From: Ramazzottius varieornatus
Lineage: Eukaryota; Animalia; Tardigrada
Reading direction: 5' to 3'
Length of the DNA: 64,000 bases
NCBI GenBank assembly: GCA_001949185.1
Contig: BDGG01000001.1
Span: forward strand, 8,564,721 to 8,628,720
Shown: piece by piece, positions 49,641-62,189 of the stretch
How positions within the stretch are numbered: the stretch's first letter is position 1
Layout: each line of letters opens with the position of its first letter
Translations under genes and position numbers: made by a program
Notes under the pieces: model-generated
Databases searched by the model: none
Told to the model about the DNA's origin: nothing
What the model saw: the letters and a program-made list of their open reading frames with translations, nothing else

Positions 49641-52600
49641 TTAATAAGGTTCAGGTAGCACTTCATCGATAAAGAAACGATCTGCTGGAGGTAGATTAAT
49701 ATGGAAGTAGATGTTCCGAAACATTTCCGTCCGCGCTGTAGTATTCGCATTTACCAGGTCTTCGATGCTCTCAACACGATCTGTGCGGCCTCCCTCGTAG
49801 GTATGCATCGCCATCGTGTTACGATAGTAGTATGCATTCTCCGCGTATTCCGGCACATACGGGACGCAAATATGATTCGCGACGTACACTTCCTGTGCGA
49901 AAAGAGCACTCAGATATCTACTGACATAACCCTGATTGAATCCCCAGTCATTTTCGACGTAAATATCCGTGTAACTTCTCCGCCATGCTTTCAGAAAGTG
50001 AGAATCTTTGTGGCCAGCCAAAAAACCGATGCAGTAACTTTCTTCGTCACTGTAGCATGTGATAGCTTTTTTACTCTTCAGTATTTCTTTAATTCGCTCT
50101 CCGTGAACGAAAAACACGTCGAAGTCTACTGCGACTCCGCCGTACTTCAGTAAAATGTTCAGTTTGGCAACATCAGCCGCATGCTCGAGGAAACTTGGTT
50201 TCTTCGGTTTGCCACCGGCTGATCCAAAGTCAGTTGGGGGCTCCATGGGGATGAACTTTATAAGGTGTTTTGCAGTGAGGTTATCCCAATACGGGCCTGA
50301 AAACAAATGGTTTGAAAGCTTCAGTCAGCCAATGTTATAAAGAGTGACTGATTGTAGCCCGTCTGCCGCACGGCTATTGTTAATTGTGAGAGCTTGAAGG
50401 GAGATTTTAGATCAAAGCTTGCCAGTCTGTTTGGCTTGATATGACTTGCAGGATGTAGCGTGCGATAGAAAGTATTTCGGAAATGGATGCTGACGGGCGA
50501 GCCGAAACTTGGAGCTCATAGAAGTTGACCACCTGTGATTTAATCAGCTAGAGTGAGCTTCGCTTCTGAGGCGACCGCAGCCTGTTGAACTTCGGGCCAT
50601 ACAATACATTTCTGTTTGTGGGGGCGGTTATGGCGTGCTTGAAATCGGTTTCAGAGCGGCAACACGGACTCTCGGGCTTCCATCGCACAAATCGCGTCAA
50701 AAGTTCGGTTTCGGACTTCTATACCGACTCTTTTGTACATGTGAAAATCAGTGTCCAGGATCGTACGGCATGCCCCGAAGTTTATAATGTGAAAATGCCG
50801 GAGTTGGCAGGATAAACTAACATGGTGGGACTGTCATCAATAGAAAGTGAGCGCTGCAAATATTCTCTGGATGACACCTCCGTTATTTTCATCTGGTGAT
50901 GGCAACGACCACCTCTGCTTTCCATTCTCTGCGTTACACCATGTTCATTTGATGTGGAGTGAGAGTTTCCATGCTGAGCAAAACAGGAATTGTATAGGTG
51001 AGAATCGCGCAGTCAGTAGGGACGCCACATAACCTTTGTGAAAATGTGTTGGGAGAAGACTCAGACAAATGCAAACGCACACAGTGAGTAATCTAAACAA
51101 ATCGTACTCGTTCTCCGCTTGGAACGTAATTAATTAATGATTGGTTAGTCGGGACCACAATGTCAGCATTAATTTTGTACTGGTTCGAAAATTCGACTAT
51201 ATGGTTTTGCCCAGTACAGCGCGGCACAAGTGCAGTATTACAGATCAGATTTCAAAAGCAGTTGGAAAGTGATGCCGCTATTGTGTGGCTACTGTATCGT
51301 CCATCGAGTGAGGCACTCGGACGGCTTTGACGCATTCAATTCTGCGTTTGCATCGTTTCGGTTCAGATCGCCTGAAAGAATTGTATGTAGCGAAGTCGCT
51401 TCAGATCACCACATCTATTAGTTCGTTTCTTTTTGTGCGATACAACACTCGCCATATTTAGCGACAAAATAAAGAGAAAGCATGAAGATAACCGTTGCCC
51501 TGGTTCATGTATAGTTAAGGCCTAGACATACTGGACATGCAATATGTGGCTGGCCGAGCAGAATCACACATTTCTGATGGTCGCAAAGGGTTCATGACGA
51601 CGTAACACTACTGTTCCTACACAGATTCGGATGGCTATAACTTTACCCACTTCCACGCGAGAACAGTTTGCTTTTCACAGTTTCTTTGGTTCTAAATCGT
51701 GAAACTGGTGCAAAAAGCATATCAAACTTTGTACTAAAAATTGGAGAGCAGTTTTAGAATGGAAAACCGTTTGGATTCAGTTTGGCGAGACAGTCCTTGT
51801 AAACTGGACTGACAGGAATATGGAAACCATTAGAAATCGTTCGAATCAAGCGGGTAGTGAAATGGCATAGTTTTGGATATTTTCAAATGAAAGCGAGGCA
51901 TATAATTTGTAGTTGGAGCAAACGTTTCGTCTACCGCGTCGTATTGGTAAGACAAACCAGACGTACGAGGAGGAAGGCTCAACGTTTCTAACGAGCTTAC
52001 TTTGCTAAGCCAAATTCTGAAGGTAGCGCTGCCCACTGCGAATCTAGACTACAAACAGCTGGCGGCTGAGCAGAAGTTAGCAAAGTTTTAACCAGTTAGC
52101 GTTCACAGTTCAGTTTAGGCCTTGATTCAGTGATCAGCAAGTCCATCACAGAAATTCTGCACGGTTTGCCAACAGTTAAGGGTGTCGACATATCTTCGCG
52201 CAGCGGGGACAGATTTCGCCACTTCCAGTAAAAAATTTTAGCTAGAGGCTCGGTCCTAATTCTGGAAACGAAAGATGGGAGGAAAAGTGTGGCTGTAAAG
52301 AGCCATTTTCGTCTAAACAACCGTTGCTTTCCGAGCCTCTTCCTGGAACGTCATGCGCCAAGAAGACAATCTGTGTTTTCGCTCGGAAGTTAGCAAGGTT
52401 GTAGCCGTTCCGATTTTAGATAAAAATGGCTGTGCTGCGTCATCATTTACCCTGGACATACTTTCAGAAATGTGTGATCCTGCTAGGTCCGACACAAATG
52501 CGATTTATCTGGTTTGGCTTGTTCTGCCCTCTGCAGAAAGAGTGCTCCCTAATATCGGACGCCATCTTCGAATGGCTTCCTCTCTGGAATTTCTCTCGTC

Positions 52601-53087
52601 ACGATCTTCTAATGTTCCTCACTTCTGTCTGGAGCAGGTGGAGCAAGGTTTTGGGAGATACTTGTGAACTAATTTCGAATTTCCGGACCTGATGTTCTTT
52701 GAGAAATTCGATAGTATGAAAGGTAGTAACCAGTCTGGCGAGTTAGAAAAGTTAGGCCTTGCTTCTCTTACCAGTTGGAATGCGATCGCCGTGGAGTAAA
52801 ATTTCATCTGGTCTCAAATATTGAACACCAGACAGGATGCTCAAATAATCAGTAAAAGATAAATTTTTTGTCGGATTGGATGCAAAACGTACGTAGTGCA
52901 GATAAAATGCGTCAGATCCTCGTTCGGCTGGTGACCTATCTGTATCACAAATTCTCAGCATTAAATGATACGTCAAATAGAATAACGAGCACACGACTAA
53001 CAATACGGGCGCTGCGCGACGTTTGACACAGATGGGTTTTAGAGCTAAAATGTGCCTGGCGATTCCGAATGATCGTGGTATCGACAT
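49641..53087 (-). CDS. Two-exon GT32-family (DXD) glycosyltransferase, type II membrane protein, 323 aa; exons 53087-52772 and 50296-49641
   Basis: N-terminal TM VLLVVCSLFYLTYHLML, LHYVRF..LSFTDYLSILS..LRPDEILLHGD.IPTG; donor G|GTAAG and acceptor TTTTCAG|GC join in phase 1 (..PTG/PYWD..); HAADVAKLNILLKYGGVAVDFDV; joined 972 nt open. Confidence 0.82.
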
Positions 53088-56000
53088 AGTGGAAATCTAA
53101 CACAGAATATCAGTGGCACCTTGGAAAGGACTAGGTTTGCTTAACTATGAAGTCTGTGGTGCAGCACAAAATAAACACGGATAGTTCACGAGCTGCTTGC
53201 GGCTGTTGGTCCGAGAGGTTATATGGTTAGAGTAACGGGACTAGCGAAGAATTGTGTAACGTCAAATTATCTGAATTCTATGGCCGTTTACCTCAGACAA
53301 AACAGCTGTCTCCATTTTATCCGTCCTTTGCATGAGTTTCCACTGCGTTATGGAACGATATTTGCGTATTAATAACGACTGGAAGCAAAAGATGGTAAAG
53401 ATTTTCTTCGCGCCCAAAACGCTTGTTGTTGCTTTTTTCCCCAACGTTACCTTAATACTGCCCCAACGGAATATAAGAAAGAAACATCCTTGTATGGGTT
53501 TAAGACCATCTCCGAACAAAGCAAGTAGATGTTTTGACGAGGGACATCTGATCAGTTACGGTCAGTTTTCTTTCTCTAAACAGAGTGTCAATAGATATTC
53601 AGTGTGGAAATTTTTGTCCTGTTCTCTCCACCGTAGAGGACACCAAGGGTCTTGATGGATTGCTTTCTGTTTTAGATGTGGAGAAAAGGAAGTCTGGTCA
53701 GCCATAGGCAGCTACAAACAGTGGTCACCCTTTCTTCTCACCACTTACCTCGGTAGCAAGGGTAAAAATCCGTTGGGAAGAGTCACCGAAAATTATTTTT
53801 TGTAACATAATTTTCGTAAAGTGACCTGGCAAGCTATAGCATGTTGCGACCTCAGTTCACGACACACCATATGACGTTCGGTGCTGGTCCTCGACAGCTT
53901 GCCAGGTGGGTGCTGCCCAGAGGGCATCTTCCTTACCTGGACGCCATCCCTTTGTCGCCACAACTTCCATCTTCCCAACTGCACGCTACTACCCTCCACG
54001 TTTCGAGTTACTGTGAAGTGAGTTTTAGCTTGTGCTGATATAAGGAGCTTCAAGCAAGCGCTCCTTGCAAAGATCGTGCCGTAATCAACGGGGTTCCAAG
54101 TTTACTGATAGGGCTATCCGCCCTCCACAAAGAAATTCATAACTCAGTCATCTTCGATCTGATCAGCCTGAACTTTGGACTCAAAGAAGCGCCAACGAGT
54201 GATACAGAAGGCTGCGTCAGCCGTTGCAAACTGACCCAAACAGCCCCGGATGAGAAATTCCACTCCTGAACATTTTGTCCGCTGACCACCGTACCAAGTC
54301 CGGAATGAGTTAATTCTTGTAGAACGTTGCTGTTCTGAACAGACAAATTTTGACAATTTTAGTTCTTGCAAATTGGAACGTACTTGTTGAAGCAAAATCC
54401 TGTACGTCACACAAAGACAGTTGTGCGTTGAAAGGAAGCTCAAGTGAACTGGATGACAAGACTCCAGCCGGAGAAGAAGCACTCAGCTTCTTCTATTTTT
54501 ACCTGTTTCCGAGGATCAAAGTTAGGTGCTAGATGAACAGTCTGATTGTATCTCGCAACGCGGAACATCCTAGGAACAAAAGCCGCATGCATGATCCGGC
54601 TTAGCTTGATCTGGGACACTGAAATCCGCATCAGAGTATAAACGTACGACAATTTTTTCATATAAATTTTGTCATGAATAATGCAGGTTAGCAAATTTTG
54701 CAACAGGAGGGAGAAAATGTGCTCGAATTTTGGGGCCTTTCAACGCATTGGAAACTCAAAACGGCCTGTGGATAGCGGATAGAGCATCCAGTTAGCTACA
54801 GAACTATAGCCAAATTCAAAACGAGGGGTTGCGATTCGCAGTCGGATGGAACGGCTTTAAAGTCAACTTCTACAGTATTGCACCGTAGAAAGACGGCAGT
54901 AGGACCGACCCTCTCAATCAAACAGCAATGTGGTAGATCCGTGGCTAGTGCGGCGAGAAAACCGGATGTCTTCGCAAGGAGATGATACAGTCGAGGCGTG
55001 CTGTCTCTGCGAGACAGGCCTGGTAGTTGAGTTCGGTAGCCAAATCGTTCTCGTGGCGCGTTTGGACTTAGCATTGAAAATCTCCATTGATGTACCACGT
55101 GACCGATATTTCTTCGGCTTGAGAGTTGTTCATGTAGACAAGAATTTGCGGAAGGAGGCTACAAGTGTTACTATTGGACGGTGACAGAATAGCGGAGTTT
55201 GATGGAAGGACCGCGTTCGTATTGTCGGGCATTACTGCACAGCTGATGTAATCGTCTTTGTAGTTGAGGACCTTGTGAGCGTGGAGGGAAGTGTCGCAGA
55301 GTGCTGTTTGATTAGCCTCGACCAAGATGTTAAATTGATAACTGCGGTTGTGGACACTAGGTGTGGGTCGCGTTGCGAAGTTCTGCATATCCTTCGTAGA
55401 GAACAGTTCAGTAGCCAGGAATTTCTGTGAAATGGGCGGAGACGTACAAGCCGACTCTGAGCATCGCGCTTCAAAGAACGCGATGCTGGATCACCAGGCG
55501 GATCGTCGGTTTGGCTTTTCCGACTCCGGTTTTGTGTCGGAATCGACGCAAAACTAGAAAAGGTGCGAGGAGTAGAACACACAACTTTTGCAGTTTTCGG
55601 GACTGTTTTCAGAAATTTTTTTTTCTCGGTATCTGGCTGCGCTCGTGCAGTTTTGGTGTTGAGCATAATTAGAATCAAGTCTGAGCTACAATAAACGGGG
55701 TCGGAAACTTGAATCCGTCGTTCGGAACCATAGCTAGAATTTTTGGCGTAAAACCGTTTTCCCGGGAGTAAACCACATATGTGGCCGACCGAGCAGAATC
55801 ATACACTACTGAACGCTTGCCGAGGCTAAGTAGTGACGTCAGACTACCGTTTTTACACGGATCCGGAACAGCTACATCTTTACCCACTTCCAAGCGAAAA
55901 CGCTTTGCTGGTCGAGTAGTATGGCCGAACCTGCGATGACTCCTCTTTCTATCCTTCATCCTGCACGGTCTACCTTGCATGTTACTGACGTCTGTGGGAT

Positions 56001-56917
56001 GCTCTAAAACGAGTTGGGCGAGTTCTAGAGGCTTCCTTCGATTTCTTCCCTTCCGGTTCACCTATTATTCATGGATAAGCAACGGAGGCGTAAGCACATC
56101 TCTAAGATGTTCTCCTGCTCATATCTCAGCTTCTAATGGCCAGATCAAGAGTATCCAGGTATCAAAATGTAGTTTGAAACTAGCTCTTAATTCTGAGAGC
56201 CAAATGTGGGAAAGGAAATGTCAAGAAAGAAGTTACGCTGGTTAAATTGCATGACGTCACCGCAAACACAGTCGCAAAACTGAGACGGTTGAGGGGGGAA
56301 ACTGCCTGTAGCAGCCAGCTTTTTTCTCCCATTCTGGACTTTGGAAATTAGGAACGTTAGGCTGCGTTTTAAAAGTGGAGTTAGAGAAATCTGTCCGCAC
56401 TTCAAAGAGATATGGCGCTGCGAAGCGCTCTCGTCAGAATGTACTATGCTTTTATGTAGCACATTTTGCCAATCGTTGAATCAAGGCTTGGTTTTCTCTG
56501 TGAAATCAGAACAGCTACAACTTTACCCACTGCCATCGAGTGCAAGCGCATAAAGCCCAGTGAATCTTCTCTCGAAACGCACTGGTTCTTCGGCCAATCT
56601 CGCCTGAAGGGTGTTCTTCACCAGGGTTGCTGAATCAGCCCGTCCTTTAGCAGGCCGTTGTTTTCAGAAGGAGAGGTACTGCAGCTCTACAGTGGTCAAA
56701 GTTCGAATCTTACAAAAGCTGAATTTTTGGTCGATCCATAAATTAATTTCCCTTGTCCGGCCTTTTCACGTCGAGAAATGGCGAGAACATTGTCGGTTTT
56801 CACAAGTCGATAATTAAGAAGTTTGTATCTATGGGATATCGACTTTTTTTCGAAAAAGCCGTTGAATCCTGTGGGGAATTCGTGCGAGTATGAGCTCACG
56901 AGGCCGGTGGCCCCACC

Positions 56918-59152
56918 AAGGGGCGAACAGCCCTGTATCCTTGTGGAAATGTAGGACGTCGAAAAAACTAAATTTTGGCTTCAAATCTATTTCTTTTTAA
57001 AAATATAGGAAACTGTGAACTGCAAGTCATCGTTAACTTTAAAGATTCTGAAGTCCGAAGACCGACAATTCAAATCAGTAAAAACATGGTGTTAGAAAGA
57101 GTTATTCGTGAATCATAGTACACTGCTCCTTTGTGGCGCTGGGTGTAACGAGTCACCACCGCAAATATTAGCAGCGTACTGCGATTCACGAATAACTATT
57201 TTCAAAAATTCCAAAAAGAGGATTTTCCTGATTCGAATTGTCAGTATTTGGACTTCAAAATTTCATAAGTTAACGACGACTGGCAGTTTAAAGTTTCCTG
57301 ATTTTTAAAAAAACACTAAATTTAAAGCCACAGTTTACTGTATTCCCTCTGAGGTTCTGCGCAGTACATCATCACGAAAGCGAATCATACCCCGCAAAAA
57401 AAATTTACGGTACATCAGACTGATTGTTTGATTGTTGCCCATCAGGTTGTCACTTGCTGCTCATTTTTTTCTGAATTCTCAACCGGAAGCATATTGCTGC
57501 GCTCGTTGCCGCAATGAGCTCTAAAACTTATAGTACTTACTCTGTGGAGGAGGCCGAACGTCATGTCATTGCACTGGAAATGTGGGAAGGAAGCATTCGG
57601 TCTTACGTCAAGGCTGTCGGAATATCTGAATCGACATTGCGCCTTGGGAAGTAAGAACTGCTTCAAGCTGTTTCGGATCCCTTAGTGTTTCTCCAATAAC
57701 TTTTGTCATTCTCAGGTCTGGAAAGTTTCCAGAAAACAGCAAAAACTTTGCAAAACACATTATGCACCCTGAACTCGATGTAGAGGTATACAGCAAATAC
57801 GAAGAGCGTCTCGCGCAGCTCAAACTCAATCGAGATTTCGACCTGCAAAGAATGGCTCTTGCTGCTGCTGTCAAGCCAGGAATCACCGGGTTTTCACAAG
57901 TCGATAATGAAAGGGTGTTCTTCACCAGGGTTGCTGGGTGGAGTAGGATGGGTGGAGACGTTTAGAAAGCGACGTGGGGTAGTTTTGAGAGTCACAACGA
58001 CGATTGACCGAAAGTTCGCGCAAACGGACGATGACAAAGTAAGAGATCTGCTTATTACGGTGCGTGACGTCATGCTATGAAATTTTTCGAAGCCGTGTTA
58101 CTTGCTATCGCATTACAATTAGTGACACATGCGCAAATTAAAATGCCATTCGCTTTTCCTATCTGCAGATCCAGGAAGAATTCTTCCTACACAGGATTTT
58201 TGAAGCTGTCTCCGTAAATCAACCTCATCCTTACTACATCATGAGCATGGATAAGACTTCTGTCAGACTGCAGAACACGTATAAGATGATGCTATCTCCA
58301 AAAGGCGCAAAGGAAGTTCAAGTTGTCCAGCCTCTAGGAAATCCCGAATGTCTCACGAAGTGCTTCACGGTTTTCACCGACGGCACAAAATTCCCCGCTT
58401 CCATTGTGTTCAAAGGCGACAAGGAGACCGGAAAGTCGCCAAGAATCCTGAACAAGTTGATGATGCCCGAGAACGTGCGCATCTTCAGTACTCATTCGGG
58501 GGCGGTGGAATTCGGCTTTTGATCAGTTTTGCATAAGCGAAACATTCGACGAAAGACACGATGGTGATACCCTGATTCGCGATCGCGCGCCAGCTCATGG
58601 AAGTTTCGAAAGTCAGCTTCTACTGGAAAATCTGGGTATTGAACAGGTGCTCATTCTCGCTGGACCCACTGGCACCTATCAACCTCTCGACATAGGTGCT
58701 AACTTTCCCTTTAAATCGTACCTGCGGCAATCTTACCATGTCTGGAGGGATGATCTCACCGCTGTTACCAAGAGTGGGTACTTGAAGAAGCCGAGCCGCC
58801 AAGACTTCATCCATTTTGAAATTCTTTTGAAATTCGTTTTTTGGCGCTAATAGTATGCCAGAGCTTTTGTATATGTTAGCTGGACAGGAAGAGATTATGG
58901 ATAGTCCTGAGGATTTGGAGGCCTCTTTCGAGTGTAGTTTCAGCTCGGTGGAAGATTCATTCACAGAAGACTTAAGCGTTACTGTGTATGGAAATTGATT
59001 GACGAGCCTTTGATTGACGACCTAGTTGTTTTTCTATACCCGGCAGGTAATATTTACGGGCCTGTCACGTGACTGCGCAGAACCTTGGAGGGAATACAGC
59101 AGTTCTTTTTACCCCCTACGTTTCCGCAAGGATACAGGGCCGTTCGCCCCTG
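56918..59152. mobile_element. hAT-type non-autonomous element (same family as 28740-29443), split by a pogo insertion
   Basis: TIRs (A)AGGGGCGAACAGCCCTGTATCCTTG / CAAGGATACAGGGCCGTTCGCCCCTG; 8-bp TSD GCCCCACC vs GTCCCACC; right TIR interrupted at 57337. Confidence 0.82.
57338..59099 (+). mobile_element. pogo-family DNA transposon (HTH/CENP-B + DDE_1 transposase pseudogene, probable intron)
   Basis: TIRs CTGTATTCCCTC(TG/CA)AGGTTCTGCGCAGT; TA / CA flanks; GISESTLR, HPELD.EV, GWVETFRKR, MSMDKT, DGTKFPASIVFKG, DRAPAH, TGTYQPLDIGANFPFK. Confidence 0.88.
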
Positions 59153-62100
59153 GTCCCACCCACGTTTGCTTGTGACAGAGCGCACCGGAAGTCCAGAAAC
59201 CTCATCTCTGGTATAGGTGAGAAGTTCTGAGTCAGTCTGTGATGACACAGCTTGATTAATGTGCTGAACGCACGGTACGTGCTTGTACGATAGTACCGCA
59301 AGTGACCGTATGCAGCGCCGCAACGTTTAAAACCCACGTAAATCTTGTCGCAGGAAGGAACCGTGGAAAAAACTCAAAGTACTCAACTGCAAGGAAATCT
59401 GATTTTTATCGCAGTAGCTTCCTGCGACAAAATTCGTTTCATTTCGCAGTACCGTCCTGTGAGAAAATTGCATTTATTTCACACTGCATTCATGCGCTGT
59501 AATCAATCGCCGATCTACGTGTTCTTTCGTCTCTTCCTCTCATCGGTGGAATCTGTGATCTGCTACCCTGCTCCACCATGTCCAGCTTCTGGTTTTGTTG
59601 TTCTCCAACTAGACCAGCTATCATGACCACCCCCATTCGCGAAATATGTTAGAACACGTCCCGCAGCGGTTACCAGTCGTTCAAACCTTCCCGGGATGAT
59701 CCGGAACTGTGTTTGTGCGCTCACCCCGAAAACTGTCATGAGCTGAAGTCTTTTTGTCGCGGATAGTCCAGTCTCGTAGTCGTATGTATGCTTCTAGACG
59801 CATAACTCTTCTCAACTGCCACCGACACCGCCGCCAGGACCTTCACCGTCCCACCCTCCACTGAATCTCCACCAAAAAGCAATCAACTGTCATCCCATTC
59901 AATCCATATGCGATGGAGTGGTGCCGAACGTTTCAACCCACTGCTGGTCCTTCGTCCTCGAAGGTAGGGCTTCCGGATCTTGGTTCAGCTCTTATTCCCC
60001 CTCCCAAACTTAGCCGTCCACCAAAGATTCCAGACGAAGTCGAACATATTATTTGCATCGTTATTCCAGAAGGGAATAACCCGACTGCTAATCACCAAAA
60101 GTACGACACGATTCTCTGTCTCTGTGCTATGTCTGAAAGGCCCAGTTTGTATTTCGGTAGAAACGACAGACTTTCCAAGAAAAACCTCATCAGGTCTGTC
60201 CTATTCCATACAAACGGAACAGTCGAAGGCGTCCACAGCACAATCATCTCTGCTTTCCCGCAACTGTCTCAGGGTTGAAAAGTGTACGTTTACGCCACCA
60301 TTAGTAAGCTGGCCAAAGCTGCTGCACCAGACGGCGGGTGGACGTTCAACAACTTGAAGAGGTACAATTGGAGTTTCGAACCAAGCCAATCCTGAAAACG
60401 TTGAAATTATTTTTCTAAAGCGTGGCAAAGCAAGGGAGACGAACAACAGGTGGTCGTTTGACTCTCGGACCAACGGCGACATCCCATACGAGGACGAGGA
60501 AGTCAGCGAGAAGGAAGCAGGAGTTGACAGTGACACAGTGGACGATGACGACACTTTAGTCTTGTCCGAAATTCCGTTACCTAAGAAAGACGATTTCCTT
60601 CCATGGAGCTTTCGCCTTTACACTGTATATTGTTTGCTCTATGTGTTACAGAAATTTAAATTCGCACCCGTCCGTATACCTTCACCTTTAGTTCCGGTAT
60701 CGAAGTTAACTCCGTCCACGCCACAGTCTTCTCACACCAGCAACCCCGCTCAGCGATCCCTCCATCCTTTGATGCCAGCTAACGTCCCGTCCCCGAGTCT
60801 GGCTGTGGAAGATTTGTTTCAGATTTGTTTCAGGTCACGTGAGTGAGAAAAAAGGCCTTCGCGGTCGGTTTTCATATGGCATCCGATGGAACCTGTGCCC
60901 AATTATCAATAGAAATGTTGAGCAGCAGCCTCATAACTCGAGCCACAAACGATGGTGGTCGCGCAGGATTTTTCACTCTGGTTCCGACTTAAACGTCAAA
61001 CACATTCCATACAGAGAGCTGCCGACAATTTAATACAAGGTTCTCCTCAAATATAGCAAATGTTGAAATAGAGCACATAGAACAAATACAGCACGCACTA
61101 AAAAACTAGTTCACGGGAAGTTCACTTGGAGATATCCGATCGTGACCATTGCTAACCTTCGTTTTTCTTACAAAGTTCGTGTTTCCTAGAGGCCAGTGCA
61201 AAACATGTCGGTACAAAATCGATTGAACAGCGCAGATGCGGTTTCTTTGCGTGTGCTATTGCCCACGAGCATATTAAAGGTCGGGTTCCGAGAACACTTT
61301 TCTCTCAAGTCAGCATCTTCGATGGTGGTTTTCTGATGGGTTTGTAAGAACGGTGATTGAGAAGTTAAGCTTTTGTATACAAAGAGGGGATATGTAATCC
61401 ATCACAACTGAATCTGTTATTACCATACCGCACTCGTCGTTGCCATCAGAGGTGCGCCTACTGCGCTCCAAGGGTCTGAAAATATACCAAGCCTTCGATG
61501 GCGAAAGCAAGAAGTGTCTGTGGAGTGAAGTCAAATTATCAATCAGCGTGCTGCCAACAGGCCGCAGTGGTTTGGGCCAATCAAATGTTTCCAATTCCAG
61601 AAACAGCCGATCGGCGTGTTGGCAGCATGCTCAGTGGTGGCGTGGCTTCACCTCATAGACGCCTGTTGCCTTCGCCAGCAAAGGGGTAGTATATCTTCTG
61701 ACCCTTGGGCGCATGTAACTTTCATTTAAAGACAACAGTCTACACTCAAAAACTTATGAAGCGGCGATACGGAAATACACACAAAAGCAATTCAGAAATG
61801 GGGCGCGCCTCCGACTGCTATTAAGACGGTATTACGGTGAGATAGGTAAGTGTGAAGATCACACCTTTGTACCATTTTCATCGGCCGTCGGAAGTGCGGT
61901 ATCGTTGTCACTGGTGCACCCGTTCATAAAAAATGCACTGTAGTTGGCCACTAAAGTAACCGCTTGTGCGCAGTACACCTAGCCAGGACCGTGGTAGAAT
62001 TCGTATCCTTGTTCACTAGGTCTGTCTAACTGTAAATACACGGTCAAAGGAGATAGTCAAGCGCGAGCCTGCACAACCAGGGTTTTTCCATGAAGTCCCA

Positions 62101-62189
62101 AAAGTAGAGCCGTTATCGCACACAGAGAAAAGCTAGAGAAACGTAAGCGTAGAGCGTTTCTGTAGCTGAAACTAGTCACCATGGCCTTC

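Noticed and set aside
54130-56061. Minus-strand ORFs as a host gene
   Set aside because: No recognisable domain, multiple stops, and overlap with an unclassified repeat; cannot be supported.
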